A DNA stretch of 64,000 bases, from contig CATNEN010000025.1 in NCBI GenBank assembly GCA_950097015.1, positions 5,766,001 to 5,830,000 on the forward strand, in the 5' to 3' direction. A program made the position numbers and the translations under genes. The DNA is from Macrostomum hystrix (taxonomy: Eukaryota; Animalia; Platyhelminthes). Positions within the stretch are counted from its first letter, which is position 1; each line of letters opens with the position of its first letter. The notes beneath the pieces are model-generated. The model made no database searches, was not told the origin of the DNA, and saw nothing but the letters and a program-made list of their open reading frames with translations. Shown here one piece after another: positions 23,170 through 36,518 of the stretch.

Positions 23170-23390
23170 GGCTGCACACAGCTGTACAGTCCATGGACTG
23201 GGGGGACGCGGACGCACTCACATTCAATTACCCCAGCTAATGGTGGTATCTATTGAATATCTGGGTGAACTGAAGCAATGCAGAGAAAAATGTCGTGCTA
23301 AAGGACACAAATTTTTACAGTGGAGTCGGGGTTCGAACCCCCGACCTTCAAGTCACGAGTCTGACGCTCTAACCAACAGGCTACAACCCC
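23170..23390 (-). mobile_element. SINE family A copy
   Basis: Matches 30990-31210, including GGTTCGAACCCCCGACCTTCAAGTCACGAGTC. Confidence 0.85.
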
Positions 23391-24651
23391 TATATCTAGC
23401 TGGTGAAGTCTATTGCTTTTTATGACTCATTTTAAAATCGTGTTGCAATGTCTCGAGCGAAATTGACTATACTTCTAGACCAAGGACTTCTATATCTGGC
23501 ACCTATGCTATACAGAATCTAGAAGTCCTTGGACTGAAAATCTGTGGAACGAACTTTGGCCATAGAACGCGCGAGACTCTAAGACTTAAGTCCCTAATGC
23601 TCGCATAAGACATGGCTATATATGAATAGCTCTTACGAATAGATAAAGTCAATTATAAGTGTAAGCTTTACTAGAATATAAATTATATTTTACCATTCAG
23701 CTGAACACTGACAGTCAGATCTGCCTCCACTGTACACTGAGAAGCGACTGCCGAGTATAAGTTTTCTGTAGACATTAGGCCTAAATTCAATCAACCAATT
23801 TCAGGCTAATTGAACTAAACTGAGTTGTTAGTAAAAGCTAGATATAAAAATAGCAATGATCTAATATACACGATGCAGAGTTGCAATTCTGGCTAGGCAG
23901 TATCAAACAGGTCCAACCACGGCTATAAATATTTGCGCGAACCAGTGTACAGCACCAGTGCACAGCCCGGTGTACACCCCCACACTAGCCACAGTGTCTT
24001 CTGCTTCTCTTTATCTGCAAATGTTATTTCTTCTGCAATCAAAATTTAATTCTAGCCCGATAAGATTAATATCAATGCTCATTAAATTAAGTTTAAGAAA
24101 TTACAATAGTCAACAGCCTGCAATCAATATTTGTATATATTTTGCACAGCCTTCAAAGTGTTTCCACAGACAACAGTGACGAGAAAAAAACACAAAAAAT
24201 AATCTAGATCATAAAAGTACACACGATTATTTCGTTAAGATCAACAAGTTATGTACATGGGAAAATTATTTCATTTCAACTGGAAACTTACAACCCAAAG
24301 TAGTTGAGTTTTGTTGGGATAATAAAATAATTCCAAGAAACGCAGAAAAACTGTCTGTTAATCTAAAAATATATTTTCTAGTTTACAGTATCAAAAACTT
24401 GTCTATTTTTCACAGCCGAAATCTACAATAGTTTAAGAACAAATAGCAGAAAAAATAATTTGCTACTCAAAAGGCAACGCCAATATTTTGGAAAATTCAG
24501 AAAGAACTTATAACAAACTGGCACAGACAGCTTCGGTAAAAAAAATTATTTTACACTTTTGACACGCTAATAATCCTACTTATAGTAGAGTGCTCGAAGC
24601 ATTGAAAATAAAAATAACCACATTTTTTACAGTACGCGCTAAAATGGTGCA

Positions 24652-27600
24652 CTACAAGTTACAGGAGTTAAGTCTTAGAGGACCCTGCACAGTTCTGATT
24701 GACTTCTGTTGCTGCTGCTGTTGCTGCTGCTGATTTTCAACGCAGAGATTGCGCAACTTGTCCACCTGCTCGTCCAGATCCGAATTCACCGATTCCAGAT
24801 TCGAGTCCGACTGCTGGAAAACCAAGAAATGGTTAGCGGAGTTAGGCAGATAAAATGCTGACAGCTCTACTGATAAGTAGCTAAATAAGCAAATTAGTGC
24901 CTTAATATTTTGAGGTTTTAACAACATTTTTATTACAAAATTTTAAAGCTGTTTTAAGGAAAGATTTTCTCAAGATGCATAGTGTGAGAAAGATTTGGGT
25001 AGAGAATGAGTTCTGTGCTCACCGTATTTGGCACTAGAGTGAGCCCACCCATTGTTTGTGAAGCTGAATGAGTCCACTCTATGGCTAATCGGAGAATAAA
25101 CTCCTTGCTCAAACAACCAAAGGAATGAGACCACTTATGCACACGAATGGTGTTGGTATTATGCTTAGAACTATTATATTCGCTAGGGCGAATAGCTAAG
25201 GACCAGTCTTAAAAAATTTACAGATAAGTTATACAAACCGACCCGAGTCCAAGTCCTGAAAAATCTCTACTCAGCTTAACTAACACACGTATCTTGAGCA
25301 ACTCTTATCTGAGCAGTCGCGCGAGAACACGTGACAGCTGGGGCAAGCTAGAAAAATGCGCCCACAGAAAGTGCACCTGCTTTTTTAACAATATATTTTT
25401 CAATAGCTGGCATTGAGTCGGGTTTAGAAAAACTGTCTAAAAATAGGCATAGGCTCATTTATGCATTACTCAAAGCTAGAGCTATTTAGATTCAATTTCA
25501 TGGTCACATGTGCGCGAGTAAGCCCCCCACACTCTGACGCACTAGAAATAGAAATTTGCCGATATGTATAGAAAAATTAGAATGAAGAAACAAACGATGC
25601 GATGTGAATAACTAGATACCTAAAATATTTGGCCGATATTTATCAAAAAAGACAATACGAACCTCCCCAGCGGCCAGTCCGCCAAGGCGCGCCTCGCACT
25701 CGCTGAGCTGGTCGCTGCCCAGGCGCTCCTGCAGCTCCTGGCTCAGCAGGTCCGTGCTCAGGCGAAGCCTCGAATCCGCCGGCGTTGCCATGGAATTTGA
25801 CGCCGATGCCGACGAGGAAGATGCCGAAGAGGAAGCGTTGGAGCCGCCGCTGCGGCGTCCGGGATGCGGCCGGAGCTGCGGCTCACCCTCGCTACTGACT
25901 GGAAGGCGTGGCGGAGACGCTCGCGGCGCCTTCAGGGTCTGCGGAGCGAGGGGCGCCGTCCGACGTCGACACGCCCGACGGAACGGCTCGCCACGATCGC
26001 CGATGCCGCCATCCGGCGTTGGCGACAACGCGTCGACCGATGGCGCCACGGCCAGCGCTGGAGTCGCCAATTTCTTAGCCGCCGCGGACGTCGCCGCTGC
26101 CACCGAAACCGCCAGACAGTCGAGACTGACGGCGGCTCGAATCGGACGATCGAGCACAACACCGCTACCGCGACATTCGGCCGCTTTGAGCTTAGTCGGC
26201 TGGGCGGCTGCGGTCGCGTCGTCGACAACCTCGCCAATAGCGGAGGCATTATCGTCGACAACGCCGCGCAGTGCCCGCCGGCACCGTCGGCAGCACTTGT
26301 CGCGTACGGCGCTGCGAAGCTTCTCGGCGCGTCGGGCGTCGGCCCGATCGCGCAGCTGCAGCCGGAGGCGCATATTGGTGAGGCCCATCTGCAGTTCGTC
26401 GACTCTGCGCAGCCGCTTCTCGTAGTGCAGCCGAATGTCTGCGGCGTGGTGCAGCTCCTCTCGGCGTCGACGCAGCAGGTCCGCTTCCAGTTTTGCCTGG
26501 AGTTTTCGATGGCCGGCGGTCGGTTTTTTGAGACTTGAAGAATGACAGGATAATTGATTTTAAATAAAATAATGACTCGAAATCAGTCCTCACCTTAAAG
26601 TCCTCCCGGCGGACCCGCGAAGACATCGCCCGGCTGATCTCGTCTGACCAGACCTTGCGCAGCACCCGCAGGTCGCCGTCTGTCAGCACCAGAAGGTCTG
26701 GCAGGCCGGAGGTGGCCAAAGCGGCCACAATGCCGCGAAAGGTTGGCCTCTTGCCGGTTTCCACAGACCAGCAGGCCTGCATGAGGGTGCCCAGAAGGCC
26801 CGGTGTGTGGCTGGGCACGGGCAGTGACAAGCAGCCCTGCCCGACGCCAAGCATCACAGCCCAAGGATCCACTGACTTGTAGGGCACCTCCATGAATAGC
26901 AGCTCCCACAGGATCACACCGTAGCTGTACACATCGGCTGGGTAGCTCCAGGGCTCCTGACGGCACTGCTCCGGTGACATCCAGCGCATTGTGCCGTACA
27001 GCTGCTGCTGCTGCTGTCTATGGCTAGAACCGGAAGTCTCCTCTCCGTCTGGCCTAGTGGGCGGCACCAAACCAAAATCTGAGATTTTCAATTGATCCAA
27101 TTCGCACAGCAGAATGTTGGGACTCTTCAAATCGCCATGCGGGATCCGGCACTCGTGCAGGTAAGCCATGCCGCTAGCCAACTGGCGAGACCAGTCTGCA
27201 ACCCGAGCCGCTGGGAGACAGTCGGTGCCAGCCTGCGGTGTTCAGGAACAGTGCGGGCGATAGTGACATTGTGCTAAAGGACCAGTGTGGATAATGGTGA
27301 CATTGAGCTGAAGGACCAGTGTGGGTAATGGTGACATTGTGCTGAAGGACCAGTGTGGGTGACATCATGTGAGCCCATCATACCCATACCGTATAATAGT
27401 CGAACAAGTTGCCATGCGGGCAGAACTCCATGAGCAAGCCGGGACTGCCCACGCCACTGTCAAGGCAGGCCAGGAATTTGACCACATGCGGATGGCTCAG
27501 TCGGCCTAAGTCGCTGAGCTCACGCAGCGGAACCTGCAGCGCCTGTTGCGGATCGTTGAATCGTTTCAGCGCCACCTGACGGCCGCGATGGAGGACCAGA

Positions 27601-28322
27601 GTAACGGCGCCCTGACTGCCGGAGGCCAGGAATCCCAGCTCCGTCACCTCAGATTCGTCGGCGCACCAGTCCAGCTGCTGCTGCTGCTGTTGCTTAGCAA
27701 CAGGGGCTGCTCCTAATTTTTCCAAACCGGTTCAATCAGGCTAATTATTTGTATTTGTCAGAGCCATGTGAAATAAAAGAAAAATGCAGAACAATGACTC
27801 ACCAGTGCGACCAACCGCATTCCATACTGGCCGGAAGCAGCCAACAATGCCCTGCCAGAAGTTTCCGCCGCCGCCGCCTCTTTGCGGCTGACAGAGCTGC
27901 TCCATCGGAGCCGAACCTTTGCCGGAATTTCCGGATACAGAATAGACCGACGAAACAGCATTAGTTGGCGCCGAAGCTGAATGTAGCTGGTGCATCTGCT
28001 GCAGCTGCTGCAGCATCGGCAGTGACTGTGAGTGCAAATGACCTGCTGATGCCGCGGGAGATGCCGGCCAATAGTGCTGCTGCTGCTGCAGCTGCTGCGG
28101 TGAATAAGCTGCAAGGCCTGCGGCCTGCGAGACGGACGAGTCCCAGCTGTCACGTGACGAAGAGGACGACGAGAGGGCCCAGATGCCGCCTCCGCTGCTG
28201 CTGCTGATGCTGGCGCTGCCACCAGCCGCAAGTAGTTGCAGCTGGGAGTCTGGAAATGCAGCAGCTATACCAGGCTCCTGCTCTGTTGATGGCTCTGCAT
28301 CAAATTGTGCCAATTGAAACAT

Positions 28323-28362
<40 letters not shown>

Positions 28363-28439
28363 AGCTTTAGGTCTAGTTGGAGACTGGGCGAGCTGCACAG
28401 CATCTGCTGCTGGCTGGTTGCCAAGCTGTTGCCAGGCAT
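24652..28439 (-). CDS. MAP3K13: Dual leucine zipper kinase (DLK/LZK, MAP3K12/13; dlk-1/wallenda type)
   Basis: Exons 28439-27803, 27712-27390, 27232-26594, 26496-25663 and 24813-24652 are phase consistent. Motifs: GCFRPVW, SGSQGAV, VALKR, HGDLKSPN, ISDFG, MEVPYKSVD...GVG...LPVPS, and zipper RRRREELHHAADIRLHYEKRL. Confidence 0.92.
27262..27362. repeat. 34-bp x3 intronic tandem repeat
   Basis: GTGACATTGTGCTGAAGGACCAGTGTGGGTAATG units. Confidence 0.9.
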
Positions 28440-30903
28440 GCTGTGTTAACTGAAAGTTGTGCGAATAATTCACGAGAACAATTAGCCTTAAATTGCTCTC
28501 ATTTCTTAACACAGCAAAGCTTTGCTAATTCTATCCATTTATCAGTGAACAGAAAGCCATTGAAACAATATTGCATAAAGGTTTTAATTTATTTACTGGC
28601 TGCAATTTTGAGTAGGCCTAAGAATCTAAACTTAATGCAAGGCCATTAAATATTTGAGGCTTAAATAAATTCTATTTTGATTTGATTGTTTTCATTTCAG
28701 CAATACAAAAAATATTAACAACTGCTAGCAACTAGTAGCAAATTAATGTACTAAAAACTTATTGTCCAATATTTAAGAAGCCTTGTCCATGTCATATCTA
28801 TTTTGATAGTGTTGGCCTATCCCAATAGCACAAGTTATTAAAAGTCAGAAGAATCAGAATGTCATATCTTGTCATTTCTATTTAAAATAAAACTGTTTTT
28901 AGCTTTGATTTTAAAATTCCTGAAATGTGCGTGTAAATAATCTGGCCTTTGAAATTCCTGAATAGTTGTATCAGATAGAGATAAGAAATCGAATTACTAG
29001 ACGATGGTGATTGTTAATTTACTAACTTAAGTTGGGGTGGCTAAATTAGATTATATATGTGGTTTGGCTAGAGCTAGGTTATAATCGGCCAAGCAAAATT
29101 CTGAAAGAAATTAAACAATTTGGTTTCCTTAATATTTATTATTTTAGCTTGTTCCTCAATTTTGCATATAAATAATACTAGGGAATGAGAGAAAATTCGT
29201 AAAAGCTAGACATAAAATAAATATGTAGCTAATCATGTTATGTAATATTAAAAATTAAAACAGGACAAACGTTTAGATTATCAACAGTTTCAAATAGCAA
29301 AAAACATATTTAGAGTATATGGTTATGATACTGACTGATAAGTTAAAAAACTAACGAGAAGGAGAAGTCATATAATAAATAGCAATTGTATTATTATTAG
29401 CCTAACAATTTGCTATAACCAATCTGCTCCAAGTAAAAAGCTTCATTTAAATTGAACATAAGCCATAGAATCAAAGTATTTAGACAGAAATTCGGTGGAG
29501 AATCAAACGGGTACACGCCAGGTACAGAAGCTTATAATTGTAAATACAACAATAAGTACATATAGATACGTATACGAAAACTATAAATCTGATACTGTGA
29601 GTCTGTGACAGGAATGCAGTTGTTTCCAAAAATAGTAACCCGAAACAATGAACGCTTGCATATTTCCCCCCTTCTCCTCAAATTAATTTATTTAAATTTT
29701 TTATTGTAAAATATGGCTACACATTCTTATTTTTACTTTCTAAAAAAGGACCTATTCAGATTTTTTTGTTAGCAATTCTGTGCGCATACTCTTCTGTTAA
29801 ATCCGCCGAATTGCTGTCTTCTAACCAATAACCACTAGAAGACGATGGGACACTTCGTTTCTTGGAAGTGTCTGTGACTGTATTAGTTGAAGGGACATGT
29901 TTTGCAGGATATATTAAAAGCACATCATTGGATCTGCTTACAAAAAAATTTATAAACATTATTAATGTGAAATATTTGCAGAGCTCCTATCTCGCTAGTA
30001 TAGTGCATTTTTCCATTGAAAATCTGCCTTTAATAAATTCAATATGGAATTAGACATGTGCGGGCTAAATCTTTTTCGGCGCCTGACATTGATTATTTTC
30101 GCAAGTTTTATCGAAATTTTCACTGAACAGAAAGTAGAATAACTAATGTGCCTAAAAGGCTGAGTGGCCCATCTAGTGAATATAGTATCTGTGGTATAAT
30201 ATCAATGATCTAATTATAGTATCTATAATATTGTATAGTTAAAGGAAGTCAGACATAAAAATGCGTCAGCTAAATTTAAGGACTTCTTAGGTAGAAAGTT
30301 TCAGTGATATATTTCTAGGAAGAATCTAAAGCGATTTAGCAATTTAGCATGCCGATTAAAATAAATATAAAGGCAAAATTCTTCCCAGAATTGTCAAACA
30401 CTAGCTTGCAGACCAAAATGTTCTAAAGGCACTCACGAAGCATAACCTGTATTGGTACCTTTAAAGTCAAGTCCACCACTAGTAAAAAAGTAAATGTCAT
30501 CGCTTATAAGTATTACATAATTTAGGCACTTAGTATTAACTAGCTGCTATACGTGTTTTGCTAAATAAATCTAAATAAATAAAGCACAATAAATCGCTTT
30601 TATTGCGACAATCATAAATTAGTGAGAAATTACGACTAAATAAACACATCTCTCCTGCTTTTGCATCCCGAATGTTTTCAGTTTTCAGTGTTTATTACTA
30701 TTTTTAATTCATGCTTGAGAATTAAAAAATTCTTGGAAATTAATTATGAATATCGATAGCTTTAAGATTTGTGAGATATCTTTAATTATTTATCGAATTG
30801 CAATCAAAAGTATAAAACTCTAACCGAATCACCAAATCTAATTAGAACTTCTAGTTGAAAAGTCTAACAACGTTCCGAAGCTACGCGAAATGTATAATGC
30901 AAA

Positions 30904-31210
30904 TAATAATTAATAATAATTGATTACACCTGCCCCAATTGGGTCAGATGTGCAGCCGACAGCACAGCCGCAGCTAATGCGCGGCGCATCTGAAGGCTGC
31001 ATACAGCTGTTCAGTCCATGGACTGGGGGGGACGCCACACCCACCTTCAATTATCCCAGCTGATGCTGGTACCCATTTAACAGCTGGGTGAACTGAAGCA
31101 ATGCAGAGTTAAGTGTCTTGCTAAAGGACACAAATTGTTCAGGGGAGTCGGGAATCGAACCCCCGACCTTCAAGTCGTGAGTCCGACGCCCTAACCACTA
31201 GGCTACAACC
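30904..31210 (-). mobile_element. Full-length SINE family A (tRNA head, MIR/CORE-like central domain, ATT tail)
   Basis: The minus strand reads GGTTGTAGCCTAGTGGTTAGGGCGTCGGACTC...GGTTCGATTCCCGAC (A/B boxes), then GTGTCCTTTAGCAAGACACTTAACTCTGCATTGCTTCAGTTCACCCAGCTGTTAAATGGG. Candidate 10-bp TSD ATAATGCAAA at 30894-30903 and 31215-31224. Confidence 0.88.
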
Positions 31211-31344
31211 TCTCATAATGCAAAGTAAATTATAATGAAACACATAATTCTAAATAAATTCGCCTATAATCGGTACAGTATAAGCGTAGATAGGATTGGA
31301 ATGTTCCCAATTCAGTCAAGTTCCAAACGGGCGGCTGAAGAGGA

Positions 31345-31794
31345 TCATGACTGCACTGAGGATGTCAGGGTGATAGGAGACACAGTATAGGCAGTGCTAT
31401 TAGGCAGGGCGGTGTGCACAGTGACGGGTGGCACAGTGCCGGGTATTAGCTGGCCCTGGCTCAGCTTGTAGTTGAACACCCAGATGATGGTTGTCAGGCA
31501 CTGGAATGCCAGCACGCTAAGAGCAGCGAAAACAACGTAGATTCTGTCCTCGGACAAGTCGCCAGTCTTATACCACCACCAGAGCTGGCAGACTAAGGCG
31601 CCGCTGAGCAAGAGATTTATGGTGAGCAGGAAGAAGCTTGGAGACACCACGCCGCCCTGGATGAGGGTGATGAGAACGCTGGCCAGGCCGAACAGCAGGG
31701 CCAAGCCCGAGCTGACTCGGTAAACCAGGGTGACGGTGGGTGACACGTGGTGATAGACGGCTCCGCTGCCGTCTTGGCTGCCGGCTGAGGACAT
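31345..31794 (-). CDS. TMEM243: Small three-TM membrane protein, TMEM243-like
   Basis: 149-aa single-exon ORF with an ATG preceded by a TTTCTAG acceptor; three hydrophobic segments and WWYKTGDL, resembling the TMEM243 WYRQGDL motif. Confidence 0.65.
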   Translation of the reverse strand: MSSAGSQDGSGAVYHHVSPTVTLVYRVSSGLALLFGLASVLITLIQGGVVSPSFFLLTINLLLSGALVCQLWWWYKTGDLSEDRIYVVFAALSVLAFQCLTTIIWVFNYKLSQGQLIPGTVPPVTVHTALPNSTAYTVSPITLTSSVQS

Positions 31795-31842
31795 TGCCGC
31801 AGATTGTACTGTCTAGAAACACGTGAATTTGTACCTTCATCA

Positions 31843-32480
31843 GATCACAGCAGATGGGGAACTGAGGGATTGGAGATAAGGCAGATCACAGCAGCTATAG
31901 ATGGGGAACTGAGGGATTGGAGATAAGGCAGATCACAGCAGATGGGGAACTGAGGGATTGGAGATGAGGCAGATCACAGCAGATGGGGAACTGAGGGATT
32001 GGAGATGAGGCAGATCACAGCAGATGGGGAACTGAGGGATTGGAGATAAGGCAGATCACAGCAGATGGGGAACTGAGGGATTGGAGATAAGGCAGATCAC
32101 AGCAGATCGGGAACTGAGGGATTGGAGATAAGGCAGATCACAGCAGATGGGGAACTGAGGGATTGGAGATAAGGCAGATCACAGCAGATGGGGAACTGAG
32201 GGATTGGAGATAAGGCAGATCACAGCAGATGGGGAACTGAGGGATTGGAGATAAGGCAGATCACAGCAGATGGGGAACTGAAGGATTGGAGATAAGGCAG
32301 ATCACAGCAGATGGGGAACTGAGGGATTGGAGATAAGGCAGATCACAGCAGATGGGGAACTGAAGGATTGGAGATAAGGCAGATCACAGCAGATGGGGAA
32401 CTGAGGGATTGGAGATAAGGCAGATCACAGCAGATGGGGAACTGAGGGATTGGAGATGAGGCAGACCACAGCAGATGGTG
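31843..32480. repeat. 41-bp minisatellite (GCAGATCACAGCAGATGGGGAACTGAGGGATTGGAGATAAG)
   Basis: About 15 tandem units. Confidence 0.97.
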
Positions 32481-33029
32481 AACTCAGGAACGCAGGGACT
32501 GAAATACCCCAAGTAATCTTTCTACAGGTAATGTTTGGGGATATGTTTGTACTGGGGAGTTCTCAATCTGTTAATTTGGGATAAGCAGGTAAGTGGATTT
32601 GAAGATCGCAGCTTATCTGAAGGCAATTTAATGTAGCGAAAATTCAATATAGCAATGCCACACACTTACCGTAAAATGTATTCAAGGTAAATATTCTTAG
32701 GCTTAAACACAGCCGCAGGTGCTAATATAGGTAATATATTGCTTCAGTCGATGGCACTCTCCAGGCTGGCCAGATTATTTACACGCACAGTACAGGGCCT
32801 CCGCACTGAGTGGAGCTCATACTGATTGATCATAAGCAGGGCTATTAGGCGAAATCTGATACAGCACAGCACGCTTATCACTCTCAGGTGTATGGCTAAA
32901 ATGTTCGGGGTACGTGAAGCACTGCGCCTTTCTTTATCTAACTTGTTGCAGCCTACAGCTCTGTGGATTGCGCATTGGTGGCCTGTCAAGCTGCCAGAGA
33001 TTCATAGCTACGGGTGTGCGATAAAATAT

Positions 33030-33862
33030 AGGTAAGAAAGACAGGTGTGGTAGGAAGAGAGGGGTGAGAAAGACAAGTGTGGTAGGAAGAAAGAGGTAAG
33101 AAAGACAGGTGAGGTAGGAAGAGAGGGGTAAGAAAGACAAGTGTGGGGGTAAGAAAGACAAGTGAGGTAGGCAGAGAGGGGTAAGAAAGACAAGTGTGGT
33201 AGGAAGAGAGGGGTAAGAAAGACAGGTGTGGTAGGAAGAGAGAGGTGAGAAAGACAGGTGTGGTAGGAAGAGAGGGGTAAGAAAGACAGGTGTGGTAGGA
33301 AGAGAGGGGTGAGAAAGACAGGTGTGGTAGGAAGAGAGGGGTAAGAAAGGCAGGTGTGGTAGGAAGAGAGGGGTGAGAAAGACAAGTTTGGTAGGAAGAG
33401 AGGGGTAAGAAAGACAGGTGTGGTAGGAAGAGAGGGGTAAGAAAGGCAGGTGTGGTAGGAAGAGGGGTAAGAAAGACAGGTGTGGTAGGAAGAGAGGGGT
33501 GAGAAAGACAGGTGTGGTAGGAAGAGAGGGGTAAGAAAGACAGGTGTGGTAGGAAGAGAGGGGTAAGAAAGACAAGTGTGGTAGGAAGAGAGGGGTGAGA
33601 AAGACAGGTGTGGTAGGAAGAGAGGGGTAAGAAAGGCAGGTGTGGTAGGAAGAGAGGGGTAAGAAAGACAGGTGTGGTAGGAAGAGAGGGGTAAGAAAGA
33701 CAAGTGTGGTAGGAAGAGAGGGGTGAGAAAGACAGGTGTGGTAGGAAGAGAGGGGTAAGAAAGACAAGTGTGGTAGGAAGAGAGGGGTGAGAAAGACAGG
33801 TGTGGTAGGAAGAGAGGGGTAAGAAAGACAAGTGAGGTAGGAAGAGAGGGGTAAGAAAGACA
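33030..33862. repeat. 32-bp purine-rich minisatellite
   Basis: TAAGAAAGACAGGTGTGGTAGGAAGAGAGGGG units; explains three overlapping minus-strand ORFs. Confidence 0.97.
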
Positions 33863-34484
33863 TGCGCCAAGGTGGGAACTATCTTGACGGTATTTAAAAC
33901 TCAAAATGGATTATACCAGAACCAATGGCAGTTTCTGGCCAAAGTGTGTGGTAAATAACGAGCAAGCAAGAAATCAAATAATGCTCAGCAAAATTGACAG
34001 TTTTTATGTCGAAGAAAATGAGTAAAGGCTGGTGCCAAACAACTTTATAAATAAAGAATTGAATATGATTTCCATTAGGCAAGCACATTTATGCAATAAG
34101 GCTTTATGTAAGCTAGGCGTGTAAGGAAACAGATGATACACTCATACACAGTTTTATCTGGCAGGTCTACAGCAGTTGCTACTATTAATAGTAAGTCCAG
34201 AGCTGCAAATTTGGTTGCATATTGACAAAACATGTTTATTTACAATATACGGATTTACAAGCATGTCGTTAAACAGTGCAAGTGTTGCATCTATATTACT
34301 AGCTTATTAAATTGGAATAAAAAGCAGCAGTTTACCTTGGTATAATATAAAAAACCCAGACACCTGAACATAATGCTCAAATTATTTAGTGAAGATCTGA
34401 GAAACATACTGAGGTACTGCACACTTACTGACTTTGGCATGGGATAAAAAGGGATAATTATAGAAGGGATACTAACCTACAATG

Positions 34485-35997
34485 AAGGAGTGGAAAGGGG
34501 ATAATAACAGTCAGTGTGGGAGTGGAAGGGGATAATAACAGTCAGTGTGGGAGTGGAAGGGGATAATAACAGTCAGTGTGGGAGTGGAAGGGGATAATAA
34601 CAGTCAGTGTGGGAGTGGAAGGGGATAATAACAGTCAGTGACGGAGTGGAAGGGGATAATAACAGTCAGTGAGGGAGTGGAAGGGGATAATAACAGTCAG
34701 TGTGGGAGTGGAAGGGGATAATAACAGTCAGTGTGGGAGTGGAAGGGGATAATAACAGTCAGTGAGGGAGTGGAAGGGGATAATAACAGTCAGTGAGGGA
34801 GTGGAAAGGGGATAATAACAGTCAGTGTGGGAGTGGAAGGGGATAATAACAGTCAGTGTGGGAGTGGAAGGGGATAATAACAGTCAGTGTGGGAGTGGAA
34901 GGGGATAATAACAGTCAGTGACGGAGTGGAAGGGGATAATAACAGTCAGTGAGGGAGTGGAAGGGGATAATAACAGTCAGTGTGGGAGTGGAAGGGGATA
35001 ATAACAGTCAGTGTGGGAGTGGAAGGGGATAATAACAGTCAGTGAGGGAGTGGAAGGGGATAATAACAGTCAGTGAGGGAGTGGAAGGGGATAATAACAG
35101 TCAGTGTGGGAGTGGAAGGGGATAATAACAGTCAGTGAGGGAGTGGAAGGGGATAATAACAGTCAGTGTGGGAGTGGAAGGGGATAATAACAGTCAGTGA
35201 GGGAGTGGAAGGGGATAATAACAGTCAGTGAGGGAGTGGAAGGGGATAATAACAGTCAGTGAGGGAGTGGAAGGGGATAATAACAGTCAGTGAGGGAGTG
35301 GAAGGGGATAATAACAGTCAGTGAGGGAGTGGAAGGGGATAATAACAGTCAGTGGGGGAGTGGAAGGGGATAATAACAGTCAGTGAGGGAGTGGAAGGGG
35401 ATAATAACAGTCAGTGACGGAGTGGAAGGGGATAATAACAGTCAGTGTGGGAGTGGAAGGGGATAATAACAGTCAGTGAGGGAGTGGAAGGGGATAATAA
35501 CAGTCAGTGACGGAGTGGAAGGGGATAATAACAGTCAGTGTGGGAGTGGAAGGGGATAATAACAGTCAGTGAGGGAGTGGAAGGGGATAATAACAGTCAG
35601 TGAGGGAGTGGAAGGGGATAATAACAGTCAGTGACGGAGTGGAAGGGGATAATAACAGTCAGTGACGGAGTGGAAGGGGATAATAACAGTCAGTGAGGGA
35701 GTGGAAGGGGATAATAACAGTCAGTGTGGGAGTGGAAGGGGATAATAACAGTCAGTGGGGGAGTGGAAGGGGATAATAACAGTCAGTGGGGGAGTGGAAG
35801 GGGATAATAACAGTCAGTGAGGGAGTGGAAGGGGATAATAACAGTCAGTGTGGGAGTGGAAGGGGATAATAACAGTCAGTGGGGGAGTGGAAGGGGATAA
35901 TAACAGTCAGTGACGGAGTGGAAGGGGATAATAACAGTCAGTGAGGGAGTGGAAGGGGATAATAACAGTCAGTGAGGGAGTGGAAGGGGATAATAAC
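34485..35997. repeat. 31-bp minisatellite (GGGAGTGGAAGGGGATAATAACAGTCAGTG(T/A/G))
   Basis: About 48 tandem units varying at one or two positions. Confidence 0.97.
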
Positions 35998-36518
35998 TGC
36001 CTATACATAATCAGCTAAAGCGCGTTTGATAAATGATATAATATAATATATATACTAATTTAGAAACAAGTAACAGTAACATATTTCACATCTACAGAAT
36101 CCGAATGTAGCACTGTTATGATCTATATTACAGGCTATTATTTCAGTAATTATTAACAGATGCCCCTCTATTAGAAGATTAACTGCATAGTTTGGGAAGT
36201 GGATTAAAAAGCTGCCAGACCCTAAACAATTAGGATTGTAGGTTGGGCGATCCATGAGAGGCAAAGTGAGTAGACAATTCAGATTTGATTGATTTCACTA
36301 ACAAGCATTGAGCAAACGATAAATAGACAGCACAGAAACTGGCATTCAGCATTAGACATTCAGCAAAATCAGATAGGTATGCAGGCAGCTCTGCGCCTTC
36401 CAGTTAATATAAAAAAAGAAGAAAATATGGATTTCCAAAATCTAACAGTTTCAATTACAATTAAGGGACAGTAGCTGCCGATTTTATAAGTTGCATTTGA
36501 TAGTGATACACTGTTAGC

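Noticed and set aside
25754-26538. Plus-strand 223-aa and 224-aa ORFs
   Set aside because: Antisense shadows of a GC-rich DLK exon with no family motifs
29756-29959. Possible orphan exon (acceptor ~29935, ...EEYAHRIANKKI*)
   Set aside because: No recognisable homology or partner exon; could be UTR or intergenic sequence
32934-33904. Three overlapping ~300-aa ORFs
   Set aside because: All are reading frames of the 32-bp repeat, which lacks stops on that strand
32744-34010. Short ORFs (81 aa minus; 69 aa and MALSRLARLF... plus; MDYTRTNG... plus) suggesting a small gene between TMEM243 and SETD1
   Set aside because: No consistent splice model or homology could be built by eye; RNA data needed
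34485-35997. Repeat array with a variable position suggesting a spacer or diversity cassette
   Set aside because: Variation is limited to 1-2 nt per 31-bp unit; this is an ordinary minisatellite
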